Below are positions 23,273 to 37,679 of a DNA stretch of 64,000 nucleotides, in pieces. The stretch's first letter is position 1, and the number at the start of each line of letters is the position of its first letter. Origin of the DNA: Paramoeba atlantica (taxonomy: Eukaryota > Protista > Discosea); contig CDRNVI010000145.1 in the NCBI GenBank assembly GCA_977017575.1, positions 1 through 64,000 on the forward strand, read 5' to 3'. A program made the position numbers and the translations under genes. The notes beneath the pieces are model-generated. The model had not been told where the DNA came from. It saw only the letters and a program-made list of their open reading frames with translations, and did no database searches.

Positions 23273-26200
23273 ATGAATTGTGTTTTTCTTTGTCAGGAGA
23301 GGAGTTCTTCTTCTTCTTCTGGCTTTGCTTTTGATGGTGGTGGAGGTCAAAAACGAAGATTGTTTTTTTTGACCTTTTTTGTGGTTGTTCTTCTCATTTC
23401 GCAAGGAGAGGGAGGTATTTTGACCATACAAGATAACAATCAAGATCAAGCTGCGCCAACCGCAGTCTTCTATTATCGAATTGAATCGAACGAGTCAATT
23501 CCCCAAGCTATCCTCAATCTTCCAACTGGAAGTTGGTCTTTTCCAACGGAAGATGAACCTCTTTGTGTCTCCGATGATCCTGCTTCATGTCCCATCACAG
23601 AGATTTCAATCACCAATTGGTTTGTTTTTTTGTTTTTTGTTTTTTTTTGTTTTTTTGTTTTTTTGTTTTGTTTTTTTTTGTTTTTTTTTGTTTTTTTTGT
23701 TTTTTATTTCTTATTTTCTTGGTCTCCCAATTTCTGTTTTTTTTTACCTTTGAACAAAAGCTTTTCTGTCCACCAAAATATTTCGTGTTAATGTTTCAAA
23801 AAGGGATGATGTTGAACAAGAGTATTATCACCAATCGATTGAATTTATCACTCCATACGAAATGATCAATTTTTTGGGTTATGGTAAGTTTTTCTTTTGT
23901 GAAAAATAGAATTTTTGTTGGGTTCTCAAAACAATTAATCTTCCTTTTTCCACAGTCCAATTTACTGGTGATCTCAGGAGTGTTAAAAATGACATTGGTG
24001 AGGATTTTTGATTACCAATACCTACTTTAGTCTCTTGATCATTTTTTTGATGTTTTTTTTTTAGAATCTCTTCGTTTAATGTATCGTAGTGGAACTGAAA
24101 CAATCGGAGGGAATGAGTATGAAGGAAATGAAATTTCAGCAGGACCCGTCTATGTTACCGAAGATGGAATCCTTCGAAACAGTTGGGCTGTTACAACCGA
24201 TCAAAGTTACGATTTCGATGAACCAGTTGAAGATTGTTCGACTTCTGCTCTTTGTCCCCTGAATACTCCAATCCCTTGTCTTCTGAATAAGGATTGTTCT
24301 GCGAACGAGTGTCCGTTGTTACCTCAATGGTGGGAAGAAGCCACTTTTTTCGATGAGTATGGGTGTTATGCTCGACAAGGAGCTGATTACAAAACTGACC
24401 CAGCCAGAGACGAAGCAGTGGTTGAAGCAATCACAGGAAGAAAACAATGTTGTTTGCCAGAGCTTCCCAATCAATTCCCAACTGAAGAGTATTATCCTTA
24501 CAATAGTTATGGAGATACAAAGAAAGAAATCCCTTGTTCTTTGTTACCTTATTGTTCTGATGATGTATGGTCTGAAGATCCTTTTCATACAACGATGCCT
24601 GATGGAATGGATTATACATACTTTTATTTGGATAATGATGGTCGTATTTCGAATCTTGATCCATCAGATATTGTTGTTGAAGATGGAAGTGACTTTGTTC
24701 CTGACTTAAGAAGGAAGAAGTCTGCGATGTGTGATCCTGATATCTGGCCTCCTCGCCCTCGAAACGGACCTCGTTTGGATTTCTTCATTTCTGGGTATCG
24801 ATCACTTACTGAAGAAGATTTACCTTTTCCAATCCAATGGGGAGGTACTGGTTCAAATACTATCGATGGTCTGAAACAAACAATGCAAATTGGAACAATT
24901 GGATTCAAAAACTATGTTTCTGATGATGATTGGAGTGTGAAAGCTCTTGGTTTGAATCATGGTGGGACTGGAGGAACAACAGCTGAAGAAGCACGCCAAA
25001 ACCTCGTGTTGGGTCGATTAGCTCGTTTTGATACAATCGATGATTCCAATTGGAATGGTCGTGCTCTTGGTTTGTTGAATGGTGGGACTGGAAGTCGAGA
25101 ACAAGAAACTGCTCGTCGAAATTTAGGTCTTGGTCTCTCTTCTGTTGAAGGAATTGATTATGAAATTGAATTCAATCAACAAATTAGTGGTATTCAAGTT
25201 ACTGTTGATGCTCTTGGTGCTCTTGCTTTTGAAGATACCATTCGACCTGCACTTTGGAGTGGAGAGACCCTTCCTCTTGTTGATGGTGGTGTTGATGCCA
25301 GTAATGCGATGGATGCTCGTTACAATCTCCTTCTTGGTCAAATGGCTCTGTATGATTATATTGGAGATAATAATTGGATGGGACCTCCTCTTTCTGTTGC
25401 GAATGGAGGAACTGGTTCAACTTCTGTTGAAGAGATTGGTGATACTCTTGAACTTGGAGATTTAGCTTATCTTGATTATGCAACAGATTTTGTGTGGGGT
25501 GGGGATCCTTTAAGTATTGAAAATGGTGGAGTTGAAGCTACCAATGTTATTGATTCTCGTTTCAATCTTCTTCTTGGAGCTCTTGCGACTTTTGATTATG
25601 TTGGAAATGAACAATGGTTAGGACCTCCTCTTTCCATTGAAAATGGAGGAACTGGTGCGAACACTCTCGAACAAGCTGTTGATAATTTCGAACTTGGTCA
25701 AATGGCTTTTGTGGATGGAGTTGCTGATTATCTTTGGTCTGGTGATTCTCTCACAATGGTCAATGGGGGTCTTGAAGCAAACAATGCGATTGATTCTCGT
25801 TTCAATCTTCTTCTTGGTCATTTATCAACTCTCGATTATGTTGGGAATGAACAATGGCTTGGATCTCCTCTTTCAATCGAAAATGGAGGAACTGGAGCCA
25901 ACACTTTCGAACAAGTTGTTGATAACTTTGAATTGGGAGAACTTGCCTTTTTGGATGTTGTTGGAGATTCATTATGGAGTGGTGATTCTCTTAGTATTGA
26001 AAATGGTGGGTTCGATGCATCCAATGTGATTGATGCTCGTTACAATCTTCTTCTTGGTTATTTATCAACTCTCGATGCTGTTGGAAATGACCAATGGCTT
26101 GGATCTCCTCTTTCGATTGAAAATGGAGGAACTGGAGCCAATACTTTTGAAGAAGCTGTTGATAATTTCGAGTTGGGAGAACTTGCCTTTTTGGATGTTG

Positions 26201-29200
26201 TTAGAGATTCATTGTGGAGTGGTGATTCTCTTAGTATCGAAAATGGAGGACTTGAAGCATCCAATGTGATTGATTCTCGTTACAACCTCCTTCTTGGTGC
26301 TTTATCAACTCTCGATTATGTTGGAAACGAACAATGGCTTGGATCTCCTCTTTCCATTGAAAATGGAGGAACTGGAGCCAATACTTTCGAACAAGTTGTT
26401 GACAATTTCGAGTTGGGAGAACTTGCCTTCTTAGACGTTGTTAGAGATTCTTTATGGAGTGGTGATTCTCTTAGTATTGAACATGGAGGACTTGAAGCAT
26501 CCAATGTGATTGATTCTCGTTACAATCTTCTTCTTGGTCATTTATCAACTCTCGATTATGTTGGAAACGAACAATGGCTTGGATCTCCTCTTTCAATCGA
26601 AAATGGAGGAACTGGAGCAAATACTTTCGAACAAGTTGTTGATAACTTTGAGTTGGGAGAACTTGCCTTTTTGGATGTTATTGGAGATTCATTATGGAGT
26701 GGTGATTCTCTTGGTATTGAGAATGGTGGTTTTGAAGCATCCAATGTGATTGATGCTCGTTACAATCTTCTTCTTGGTGCTTTGTCAACCCTCGATTATG
26801 TTGGAAACGAACAATGGCTTGGATCTCCTCTTTCGATTGAAAACGGAGGAACTGGAGCCAATACTTTCGAACAAGTTGTTGATAATTTCGAGTTAGGAGA
26901 ACTTGCCTTTTTGGATGTTATTGGGGACTCTTTATGGAGTGGTGATTCTCTTGGTCTTGAAAATGGAGGACTTGAAGCATCCAATGTGATTGATGCTCGT
27001 TACAATCTTCTTCTTGGTGCTTTATCAACTCTCGATTATGTTGGAAATGAACAATGGCTTGGATCTCCTCTTTCGATTGAAAATGGAGGAACTGGAGCAA
27101 ATACTTTCGAACAAGTTGTTGATAACTTTGAGTTGGGAGAACTTGCCTTTTTGGATGTTGTTAGAGATTCATTGTGGAGTGGTGATTCTCTTGGTATTGA
27201 AAATGGTGGGTTTGAAGCATCAAATGTGATTGATGCTCGTTACAATCTTCTTCTTGGTGCTTTGTCAACCCTCGATTATGTTGGAAATGAACAATGGCTT
27301 GGATCTCCTCTTTCAATCGAAAACGGAGGAACTGGAGCAAATACTTTTGAACAAGTTGTTGATAATTTTGAGTTGGGAGAACTTGCCTTTTTGGATGTTA
27401 TTGGGGACTCTTTATGGAGTGGTGATTCTCTTAGTATTGAAAATGGTGGGTTTGAAGCATCCAACGTGATTGATGCTCGATATAATCTTCTTCTTGGTGC
27501 TTTATCAACTCTCGATTACGTTGGAAATGAACAATGGCTTGGATCTCCTCTTTCCATCGAAAATGGAGGAACTGGAGCCAATACTTTCGAACAAGTTGTT
27601 GATAACTTTGAGTTGGGAGAACTTGCCTTTTTGGATGTTATTGGAGATTCTTTATGGAGTGGTGACCCTTTAACTTTCGAAAATGGAGGACTTGAAGCAA
27701 ACAATGTGATTGATTCTCGTTACAATCTTCTTCTTGGTGCTTTATCAACTCTCGATTATGTTGGGAATGAACAATGGCTTGGATCTCCTCTTTCAATCGA
27801 AAATGGAGGAACTGGAGCCAATACTTTCGAACAAGTTGTTGATAACTTTGAGTTGGGAGAACTTGCCTTTTTAGATGTTGTTGGAGATTCATTATGGAGT
27901 GGTGACTCTCTTAGTATTGAAAATGGTGGGTTTGAAGCATCCAATGTGATTGATGCTCGTTACAATCTTCTTCTTGGTTATTTATCAACTCTTGATTATG
28001 TTGGAAATGACCAATGGCTTGGATCTCCTCTTTCGATTGAAAATGGAGGAACTGGAGCAAATACTTTTGAAGAAGCTGTTGATAATTTTGAGTTGGGAGA
28101 ACTTGCCTTCTTTGACGTTGTTAGAGATTCATTGTGGAGTGGTGATTCTCTTAGTATCGAAAATGGTGGGTTTGAAGCATCTAATGTGATTGATGCTCGT
28201 TACAATTTGAATCTTGGATATCTCTCAACCTACGATTATTTCGGAGATAACCTTTGGATTGGTCCTCCTCTTTCAGTGGACAATGGAGGAACTGGAGTGA
28301 CCACATATTATGATCTCACAGATCGACTTGAACTTGGAGATTTGGCTTACTTAGATTATGTGATGGATTTCTATTATGGTGGTGATCCACTCTCAATCGA
28401 AAATGGTGGTTTTGAAGCTTCCAATGTTCTTGATGCTCGTTACAATTTGAATCTTGGATATCTTGCAACATATGATTATCTTGGAGATAACCTTTGGATT
28501 GGTCCTCCTTTGGGAGTCAACAATGGAGGAACTGGAGTGACCTCTTATTATGATTTGACTGATGAACTTGAACTTGGAGAGTTGGCTTACTTAGATTATG
28601 TGATGGATTATTATTACGGTGGTGATCCACTCTCAATCGAAAATGGTGGTTTTGAAGCTTCCAATGTTCTTGATGCTCGTTACAATTTGAATCTTGGATA
28701 TCTTGCAACATACGATTATCTTGGAGATAACCTTTGGATTGGTCCTCCTTTGGGTGTTGATAATGGAGGAACTGGAGTGACCTCTTATTATGATTTGACC
28801 GATGAACTTGAACTTGGAGAGTTGGCTTACATGGATTATGTGATGGATTATTATTATGGTGGTGATCCACTCTCAATCGAAAACGGTGGGTTTGAAGCTT
28901 CTAATGTTCTTGATGCTCGATACAATTTGAATCTTGGATATCTCTCAACCTTTGATTACCTTGGGGATAACCTTTGGATCGGTCCTCCATTGAGTGTTAA
29001 TAATGGAGGAACTGGAGTGACAACCTATTATGATTTGACTGATGCTCTTGAGCTTGGAGATTTAGCTTATTTAGATTATGTAATGGATTTCTATTATGGT
29101 GGTGAACCACTCTCAATCGAAAATGGGGGTTTTGAAGCTTCCAACATTCTCGATGCTCGTTACAACCTTAATCTTGGATATCTCTCGACCTTTGATTACC

Positions 29201-32200
29201 TTGGGGATAACCTTTGGATTGGTCCTCCATTGGGTGTTAACAATGGAGGAACTGGAGTGACAACCTATTATGATTTAACTGATGTTCTTGAACTTGGAGA
29301 TTTAGCTTATTTAGATTATGTAATGGATTTCTATTATGGTGGTGATCCTCTTTCGATCAAAAATGGGGGTTTTGAAGCTTCCAACATTCTTGATGCTCGT
29401 TACAATCTTAATCTCGGATATCTTTCGACTTATGATTATATCGGAGATGATCTTTGGATTGGTCCTCCTTTGGGTGTTGATAATGGAGGAACTGGAGTTT
29501 CTTCTTACTATGATTTGACTGACGCTCTTGAACTTGGAGAGTTGGCTTACATGGATTATGTGATGGATTATTATTATGGTGGTGAACCACTCTCAATCGA
29601 AAATGGTGGGTTCGATGCATCAAATGTGATTGATGCTCGTTACAATCTTCTTCTTGGTTATTTATCAACTCTCGATGCTGTTGGAAATGACCAATGGCTT
29701 GGAGCTCCTCTTTCAATCGAAAATGGAGGAACTGGAGCCAACACTTTTGAAGAAGCTGTTGATAACTTTGAATTGGGAGAACTTGCCTTTTTGGATGTCG
29801 TTGGAGACTCTTTATGGAGTGGTGATTCTCTTAGTATTGAAAATGGTGGTTTTGAAGCTTCCAACATTCTTGATGCTCGTTACAATCTTAATCTCGGATA
29901 TCTTTCGACTTTTGATTACATTGGAGATAACCTTTGGATTGGCCCTCCTTTGGGTGTTGATAATGGAGGAACTGGTGTTTCTTCTTATTATGATTTAACT
30001 GACGCTCTTGAACTTGGTGAATTAGCTTACTTAGATTATGTAATGGATTATTATTATGGTGGAGACGAACTATCCATTGTGAATGGTGGAACTCAAGCAA
30101 CTAATGTTTTTGATGTTCGATACAATTTGAATCTTGGATATCTCTCGACTTACGATTACATTGGAGATAACCTTTGGATTGGCCCTCCTTTGGGCATCAA
30201 CAATGGAGGAACTGGAGTGACCACTTATTATGAGTTAACTGACGAACTTGAACTTGGAGAGTTAGCTTATTTAGATTATGTGATGGATTTCTATTACAGT
30301 GGAGAAGATTTGTCTCGATACAATGGAGGAACTGAAGCTTCCAATGTTCTTGATGCTCGTTACAATCTTAATCTTGGGTATCTCTCGACCTTTGATTACA
30401 TTGGAGATAACCTTTGGATTGGCCCTCCTCTTTCAGTGGACAATGGGGGAACTGGTGTTTCTTCTTATTATGAGTTGACCGATGCTCTTGAACTTGGAGA
30501 GTTGGCTTATTTAGATTATGTGATGGATTTCTATTACAGTGGCGAAGATTTGTCTCGATACAATGGAGGAACTGAAGCTTCCAATGTTCTTGATGCTCGT
30601 TACAATCTTAATCTTGGGTATCTCTCAACCTTTGATTACATTGGGGATAATCTTTGGATTGGTCCTCCTCTTTCAGTGGACAATGGAGGAACTGGTGTTT
30701 CTTCTTATTACGAGTTAACTGACGCTCTTGAACTTGGAGAGTTAGCTTATTTGGATTATGTAATGGATTATTATTATGGTGGAGATGGACTCTCCATTGT
30801 AAATGGTGGAACTCAAGCAACCAATGTTCTTGATGTTCGATACAATCTTAATCTTGGATACCTCTCAACATATGATTACATTGGAGATAACCTTTGGATT
30901 GGTCCTCCTTTGGGCATCAACAATGGAGGAACTGGAGTGACCACTTATTATGAGTTAACTGACGCTCTTGAACTTGGAGAGTTGGCTTATTTGGATTATG
31001 TGATGGATTATTATTATGGTGGAGACGAACTCTCAATTGTGAATGGTGGAACTCAAGCAACCAATGTTCTTGATGTTCGTTACAATCTCAATCTTGGGTA
31101 TCTCTCAACCTACGATTACATTGGAGATAACCTTTGGATTGGCCCTCCTTTGGGCATCAACAATGGAGGAACTGGAGTGACCACTTATTATGAGTTGACT
31201 GACGAACTTGAACTTGGAGAGTTGGCCTATTTGGATTATGTGATGGATTTCTATTACAGTGGAGAAGATTTGTCTCGATACAATGGAGGAACTGAAGCTT
31301 CTAATGTTATTGATGCTCGATACAATCTTAATCTTGGATATCTTTCAACATATGATTACATTGGAAATGATCTTTGGATTGGTCCTCCTTTGGGTGTTGA
31401 TAATGGGGGAACTGGTGTTTCTTCTTATTATGATTTAACTGATGTTCTTGAACTTGGAGAGTTAGCTTATTTGGATTATGTGATGGATTATTATTATGGT
31501 GGAGACGAACTTTCGATTGTGAATGGAGGAACTGAAGCTGCCAATGTTCTTGATGTTCGTTACAATCTTAATCTGGGGTATCTTTCAACATCTGATTACA
31601 TTGGGGATAATCTTTGGATTGGTCCTCCTCTTTCAGTTGATAATGGAGGAACTGGAGTTTCTTCTTATTATGAGTTAACTGATGTTCTCGAACTTGGAGA
31701 GTTGGCTTATTTGGATTATGTGATGGATTATTATTATGGTGGAGACGGACTCTCCATTGTAAATGGTGGAACTCAAGCAACCAATGTTCTTGATGTTCGT
31801 TACAATTTGAATCTTGGGTATCTCTCAACTTACGATTACATTGGAGATAACCTTTGGATCGGTCCTCCTCTTTCAGTTGATAATGGAGGAACTGGAGTTT
31901 CTTCTTATTATGAGTTAACTGATGTTCTTGAACTTGGAGAGTTGGCTTATTTGGATTATGTGATGGATTATTATTATGGCGGTGATGAACTATCCATTGT
32001 GAATGGAGGAACTGAAGCTGCCAATGTTCTTGATGTTCGTTACAATCTTAATCTTGGGTATCTCTCAACCTTTGATTACATTGGAGATAATCTTTGGATT
32101 GGTCCTCCTCTTTCAGTGGACAATGGAGGAACTGGAGTTTCTTCTTATTATGAGTTGACTGATGTTCTTGAACTTGGAGAGTTGGCTTATTTAGATTATG

Positions 32201-35200
32201 TGATGGATTATTATTATGGTGGAGACGAACTCTCCATTGTAAATGGAGGAACTGAAGCTTCCAATATTCTTGATGTTCGATACAATCTTAATCTTGGATA
32301 CCTCTCAACCTTTGATTACATTGGAGATAACCTTTGGATTGGTCCTCCTCTTTCAGTTGATAATGGAGGAACTGGTGTTTCTTCTTATTATGAGTTAACT
32401 GACGCTCTTGAACTTGGAGAGTTGGCTTATTTAGATTATGTAATGGATTATTATTATGGTGGAGACGGACTCTCCATTGTGAATGGAGGAACTCAAGCAA
32501 TGAATGTTCTTGATGCTCGTTACAATTTGAATCTTGGATATCTTTCAACTTATGATTATATCGGAGATAACCTTTGGATTGGTCCTCCTTTGGGTGTTGA
32601 TAATGGAGGAACTGGAGTGACATCTTATTATGAGTTGACTGATGCTCTTGAACTTGGTGAATTAGCTTACATGGATTATGTAATGGATTATTATTATGGT
32701 GGTGATGAACTATCCATTGTAAATGGAGGAACTGAAGCTTCCAATGTTCTTGATGCTCGATACAATCTTAATCTTGGGTATCTCTCGACTTACGATTACA
32801 TTGGAGATAACCTTTGGATTGGTCCTCCTCTTTCAGTGGACAATGGAGGAACTGGTGTTTCTTCTTATTACGAGTTGACTGATGTTCTTGAACTTGGAGA
32901 GTTGGCTTATTTGGATTATGTGATGGATTATTATTATGGTGGAGACGAACTTTCTCTGGTGAATGGTGGAACTCAAGCAACTAATGTTCTTGATATTCGT
33001 TACAATCTTAATCTTGGGTATCTCTCGACTTACGATTACATTGGAAATAACCTTTGGATTGGTCCTCCTCTTTCAGTGGACAATGGAGGAACTGGTGTTT
33101 CTTCTTATTATGAGTTAACTGACGCTCTTGAACTTGGAGAGTTGGCCTATTTGGATTATGTAATGGATTTCTATTATGGTGGAGACGGACTCTCCATTGT
33201 AAATGGTGGAACTCAAGCAATGAATGTTCTTGATATTCGTTACAATCTTAATCTTGGATACCTCTCAACCTTTGATTACATTGGAGATAACCTTTGGATT
33301 GGCCCTCCTTTGGGTGTTGATAATGGAGGAACTGGAGTGACATCTTATTATGAGTTGACTGACGTTCTTGAACTTGGTGAATTAGCTTACATGGATTATG
33401 TAATGGATTATTATTATGGTGGCGATGAACTATCCATTGTAAATGGAGGAACTGAAGCTTCCAATGTTCTTGATGTTCGTTACAATCTCAATCTTGGATA
33501 TCTCTCGACTTACGATTACATTGGAGATAACCTTTGGATTGGTCCTCCTCTTTCAGTGGACAATGGGGGAACTGGTGTTTCTTCTTATTATGAGTTGACT
33601 GATGTTCTTGAACTTGGAGAGTTGGCTTATTTGGATTATGTGATGGATTATTATTATGGTGGAGACGGACTCTCCATTGTAAATGGAGGAACCCAAGCTC
33701 CCAATGTTCTTGATATTCGTTACAATCTTAATCTTGGGTATCTCTCAACTTATGATTACATTGGAGATAACCTTTGGATTGGTCCTCCTTTGGGTGTTGA
33801 TAATGGAGGAACTGGAGTTTCTTCTTATTATGAGTTAACTGATGCTCTTGAACTTGGTGAATTAGCTTATTTGGATTATGTAATGAATTTCTATTATGGT
33901 GGAGACGGACTCTCCATTGTAAATGGTGGAACCCAAGCAACCAATATTCTTGATGTTCGTTACAATCTTAATCTTGGATACCTCTCAACCTTTGATTACA
34001 TTGGGGATAATCTTTGGATTGGTCCTCCTCTTTCAGTGGACAATGGAGGAACTGGTGTTTCTTCTTATTACGAGTTAACTGATGCTCTTGAACTTGGAGA
34101 ATTAGCGTATTTGGATTATGTGATGGATTATTATTATGGTGGCGATGAACTATCCATTGCGAATGGAGGAACTGAAGCTGCCAATGTTTTCGATGTTCGT
34201 TACAATTTGAATCTTGGGTATCTCGCAACCTTTGATTACATTGGGGATAATCTTTGGATTGGTTCTCCTCTTTCAGTGGACAATGGAGGAACTGGTGTTT
34301 CTTCTTATTATGAGTTAACTGATGCTCTTGAACTTGGAGAGTTGGCTTATTTGGATTATGTGATGGATTATTATTATGGTGGTGATGAACTATCCATTGT
34401 GAACGGTGGGACCCAAGCAACCAATGTTCTTGATGTTCGTTACAATCTTAATCTTGGATACCTCTCAACATATGATTACATTGGAGATAATCTTTGGATT
34501 GGTCCTCCTTTGGGTGTTGATAATGGAGGAACTGGGGTGACATCCTATTATGAGTTAACTGATGCTCTTGAACTTGGAGAGTTGGCTTATTTAGATTATG
34601 TGATGGATTATTATTATGGTGGAGACGAACTCTCAATTGTAAATGGAGGAACCCAAGCAACCAATGTTCTTGATGTTCGTTACAATCTCAATCTTGGATA
34701 TCTCTCAACCTTTGATTACATTGGAGATAATCTTTGGATTGGTCCTCCTCTTTCAGTTGATCATGGAGGAACTGGAGTTTCTTCTTATTATGAGTTAACT
34801 GATGTTCTTGAACTTGGAGAGTTGGCTTATTTGGATTATGTGATGGATTTCTATTACAGTGGAGAAGATTTGTCTCGATACAATGGAGGAACTGAAGCTT
34901 CCAATGTTCTTGATGCTCGTTACAATCTTAATCTTGGATACCTCTCGACAGTTGATTACATTGGGGATAACCTTTGGATTGGTTCTCCTCTTTCAGTGGA
35001 CAATGGAGGAACTGGTGTTTCTTCTTATTATGACCTAACTGATGCTCTTGAACTTGGAGAGTTAGCTTATTTAGATTATGTAATGGATTATTATTATGGT
35101 GGTGATGAACTATCCATTGTGAACGGTGGGACCCAAGCAACCAATGTTCTTGATGTTCGTTACAATCTTAATCTTGGATACCTCTCAACATATGATTACA

Positions 35201-37299
35201 TTGGAGATAATCTTTGGATTGGTCCTCCTTTGAGTGTTGATAATGGAGGAACTGGAGTGACATCCTATTATGAGTTAACTGACGCTCTTGAACTTGGAGA
35301 GTTGGCTTATTTAGATTATGTAATGGATTATTATTATGGTGGAGACGAACTCTCAATTGTAAATGGAGGAACCCAAGCAACCAATGTTCTTGATGTTCGT
35401 TACAATCTCAATCTTGGATATCTCTCAACCTTTGATTACATTGGAGATAATCTTTGGATTGGTCCTCCTCTTTCAGTTGATCATGGAGGAACCGGAGTTT
35501 CTTCTTATTATGAGTTAACTGATGTTCTTGAACTTGGAGAGTTGGCTTATTTGGATTATGTGATGGATTTCTATTACAGTGGAGAAGATTTGTCTCGATA
35601 CAATGGAGGAACTGAAGCTTCCAATGTTCTTGATGCTCGATACAATCTTAATCTTGGATACCTCTCGACAGTTGATTACATTGGGGATAATCTTTGGATT
35701 GGTTCTCCTCTTTCAGTGGATAATGGAGGAACTGGTGTTTCTTCTTATTATGAGTTAACTGATGCTCTTGAACTTGGAGAGTTAGCTTATTTAGATTATG
35801 TAATGGATTATTATTATGGTGGTGATGAACTCTCCATTGCAAATGGTGGAACTGAAGCTTCCAGTGTTATTGATGTTCGTTACAATTTGAATCTTGGGTA
35901 TCTCTCAACATATGATTATATTGGAGATAATCTCTGGATTGGTCCTCCTTTGGGTGTGGACAATGGAGGAACTGGTGTTTCTTCTTATTATGACCTAACT
36001 GATGAACTTGAACTTGGAGAATTAGCTTACTTAGATTACGTGATGGATTATTATTATGGTGGTGATGAACTCTCCATTGTAAATGGTGGAACTCAAGCAA
36101 CCAATGTTCTTGATGTTCGATACAATCTTAATCTTGGGTATCTTTCAACATATGATTACATTGGAGATAACCTTTGGATTGGTCCTTCTCTTTCAGTGGA
36201 CAATGGGGGAACTGGAGTTTCTTCTTATTACGATTTAACTGATGTTCTTGAACTTGGAGAGTTGGCTTATTTGGATTATGTGATGGATTATTATTATGGT
36301 GGAGACGAACTTTCTATTGCAAATGGAGGGACCCAAGCAACCAATGTTCTTGATGTTCGTTACAATCTCAATCTTGGATATCTCTCAACCTACGATTACA
36401 TTGGAGATAACCTTTGGATTGGTCCTCCTCTTTCAGTGGACAATGGGGGAACTGGTGTTTCTTCTTATTATGAGTTAACTGATGCTCTTGAACTTGGAGA
36501 GTTAGGTTATTTAGATTATGTGATGGATTATTATTATGGTGGTGATGAACTATCCATTGCAAATGGAGGAACTGAAGCTTCCAGTGTTATTGATGTTCGA
36601 TACAATCTTAATCTTGGATATCTCTCAACATATGATTACATTGGAGATAATCTTTGGATTGGTCCTTCTCTTTCAGTGGACAATGGGGGAACTGGAGTTT
36701 CTTCTTATTCCGAGTTAACTGATGCTCTTGAACTTGGAGAGTTAGCTTATTTAGATTATGTGATGGATTATTATTATGGCGGTGATGAACTCTCAATGTT
36801 TAATGGTGGAACTGATGCTACGAAAGCAGTGGATCGAAGATATACCGCGCTTTTGGGACATCTTGCCACAGAAGATTATCTTTCGAATGATCTTTGGATT
36901 GGAACACCTCTCTCTGTGACGAATGGTGGAACTGGTGCTTCAACTCCATCAGAAGCTCAAGAGAATCTTTACATTGGATCAGTTGGGTTGTTGTGGTCTC
37001 TTGATAATGCTCATTGGAATTCTGGGCCACTTTCAATCGAAAATGGTGGGTCTGCTGGTTCTGATCTGACCGAGGCAAGAGAAAATTTGGGTGTCAGTTT
37101 ATTAGGTTTCAATAATGAAGTGAGTGATTTGATTTGGGATTATTATGGTCCTCCTCTTGGAGTTGAGAATGGAGGAACAGGTGCGGAGGATTTGCAATTG
37201 GGATGGAAGAATCTGGGTCTCTTTACGGAAGGTTTTATGGATCTATTTTGTGATATGTGGTTTGAGTATTATGAAGTTGATCTTTGTGATAATTCGTAG
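23273..37299 (+). CDS. Giant (~4567 aa) acidic repeat protein, probably secreted: hydrophobic leader, Cys-rich N-terminal region, ~103 GG-motif 40-aa units
   Basis: Exons 23273-23619, 23804-23883, 23956-23997, 24065-37299 join in phase (13704 nt); leader RLFFLTFFVVVLLISQGEG; the 4406-aa track ORF is exon 4. Confidence 0.88.
24841..37200 (+). repeat. Coding tandem array, 120-nt sub-unit alternating to a 240-nt (80-aa) period
   Basis: GG motif recurs every 120 nt without an indel from 25285 to 37045; three earlier units at 24841, 24961, 25081 and a last one at 37171. Confidence 0.95.
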
Positions 37300-37679
37300 A
37301 TTTAAAAACACAAAAAAAATAAAATCTGGTTCAACGAAAAAAATTCACTCAAAGGACAAGAGAAAGCCAGAAAAAATGAAAAAATAAACCTTTGTTTCTG
37401 AAACTGATACTCCCTTTGATTTGCTTTTTTATTTTTCTATTTTATTATTTTCCCCCTCTCTCCCACACCACCACCCCAAATAAAATAAACAATTTCTTTT
37501 TGAAAAAAGAAGATTTCCTTTTCAATTTTGTGGAGGTTGATCCATTCTAGGTTTTTTGAGTTCAATTTCATCACCAAAACCATATTCAGCTCCAATCTTT
37601 TTCTTTTTACTTTCTCTTTCTTCTTCTCCTTCTCTTTGTTCTTCTTCTATTTGTTCTTCTTTTCCATTTGATTTAATCT

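Noticed and set aside
24841-37200. CRISPR-like or satellite interpretation of the long periodic array
   Set aside because: No repeat-spacer structure; variation is codon-structured within one open frame.
24191-37387. Dozens of periodic short ORFs on the minus strand and in alternate frames within the giant gene
   Set aside because: Shadows of the 240-nt coding repeat with no independent coding signal.
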